Source: an uncultured bacterium
GTDB taxonomy: Bacteria; Margulisbacteria; WOR-1; CAVSGV01
Reading direction: 5' to 3'
Length of the DNA stretch: 32,000 nt
NCBI GenBank assembly: GCA_963699255.1
Contig: OY969425.1
Span: 1,738,856 to 1,770,855, forward strand
A model generated the notes under the pieces. That model was given only the letters and a program-made list of their open reading frames with translations, was not told where the DNA came from and ran no database searches. Within the stretch, counting starts at the first letter, position 1; each line of letters starts with the position of its first letter. Positions 31,928 to 32,000 of this stretch are shown one piece after another. The position numbers and the translations under genes are program-made.

Positions 31928-32000
31928 ATAAAGATGTGGGCATCTTTGTCGATTCATTTAAAGCTCTGAGATGATATCAAAGGGCTTGTTCTGCGATTTA

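Overview
The window looks like a chromosomal segment from a MAG-like bacterium, possibly Omnitrophota. That taxonomic guess is inference from gene style only. Left to right it holds: the 3' end of ileS; a ~10 kb minus-strand locus of repeated GH8 (cellulase/chitosanase-type) modules separated by FN3-like repeats and ending in Por/T9SS-type C-terminal domains, with the second gene interrupted by a frameshift; ahcY; a DUF5665-like/lspA/lgt/rluD run; coaX-lysS-metV-metF; and tldD on the minus strand. Next come tRNA-Ala(TGC) and tRNA-Ile(GAT) on the minus strand, a small membrane protein, and a 23S-5S rRNA pair on the plus strand without an upstream 16S. The right part has a hypothetical ORF, dinB with a small co-oriented partner, lexA with a perfect LexA-box-like inverted repeat, a PD-(D/E)XK-like nuclease candidate, an ORF6N-domain gene, two Cys-rich exported proteins, a DUF6512-like membrane protein and an RRM RNA-binding protein. 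The right edge carries an rRNA-type promoter and leader, which suggests 16S begins just outside. The most unusual signals are: (1) four palindromes centred in the same register of a repeated S/C-Q-x-x-T/I motif in and just after the ORF6N gene; (2) intergenic-type short repeats inserted in frame in ileS and dinB and at the coaX/lysS junction; (3) the multi-GH8/FN3 genes, which have an in-frame stop just upstream of their starts and no signal peptide; (4) the dispersed rRNA operon layout. No CRISPR array or complete mobile element was seen.
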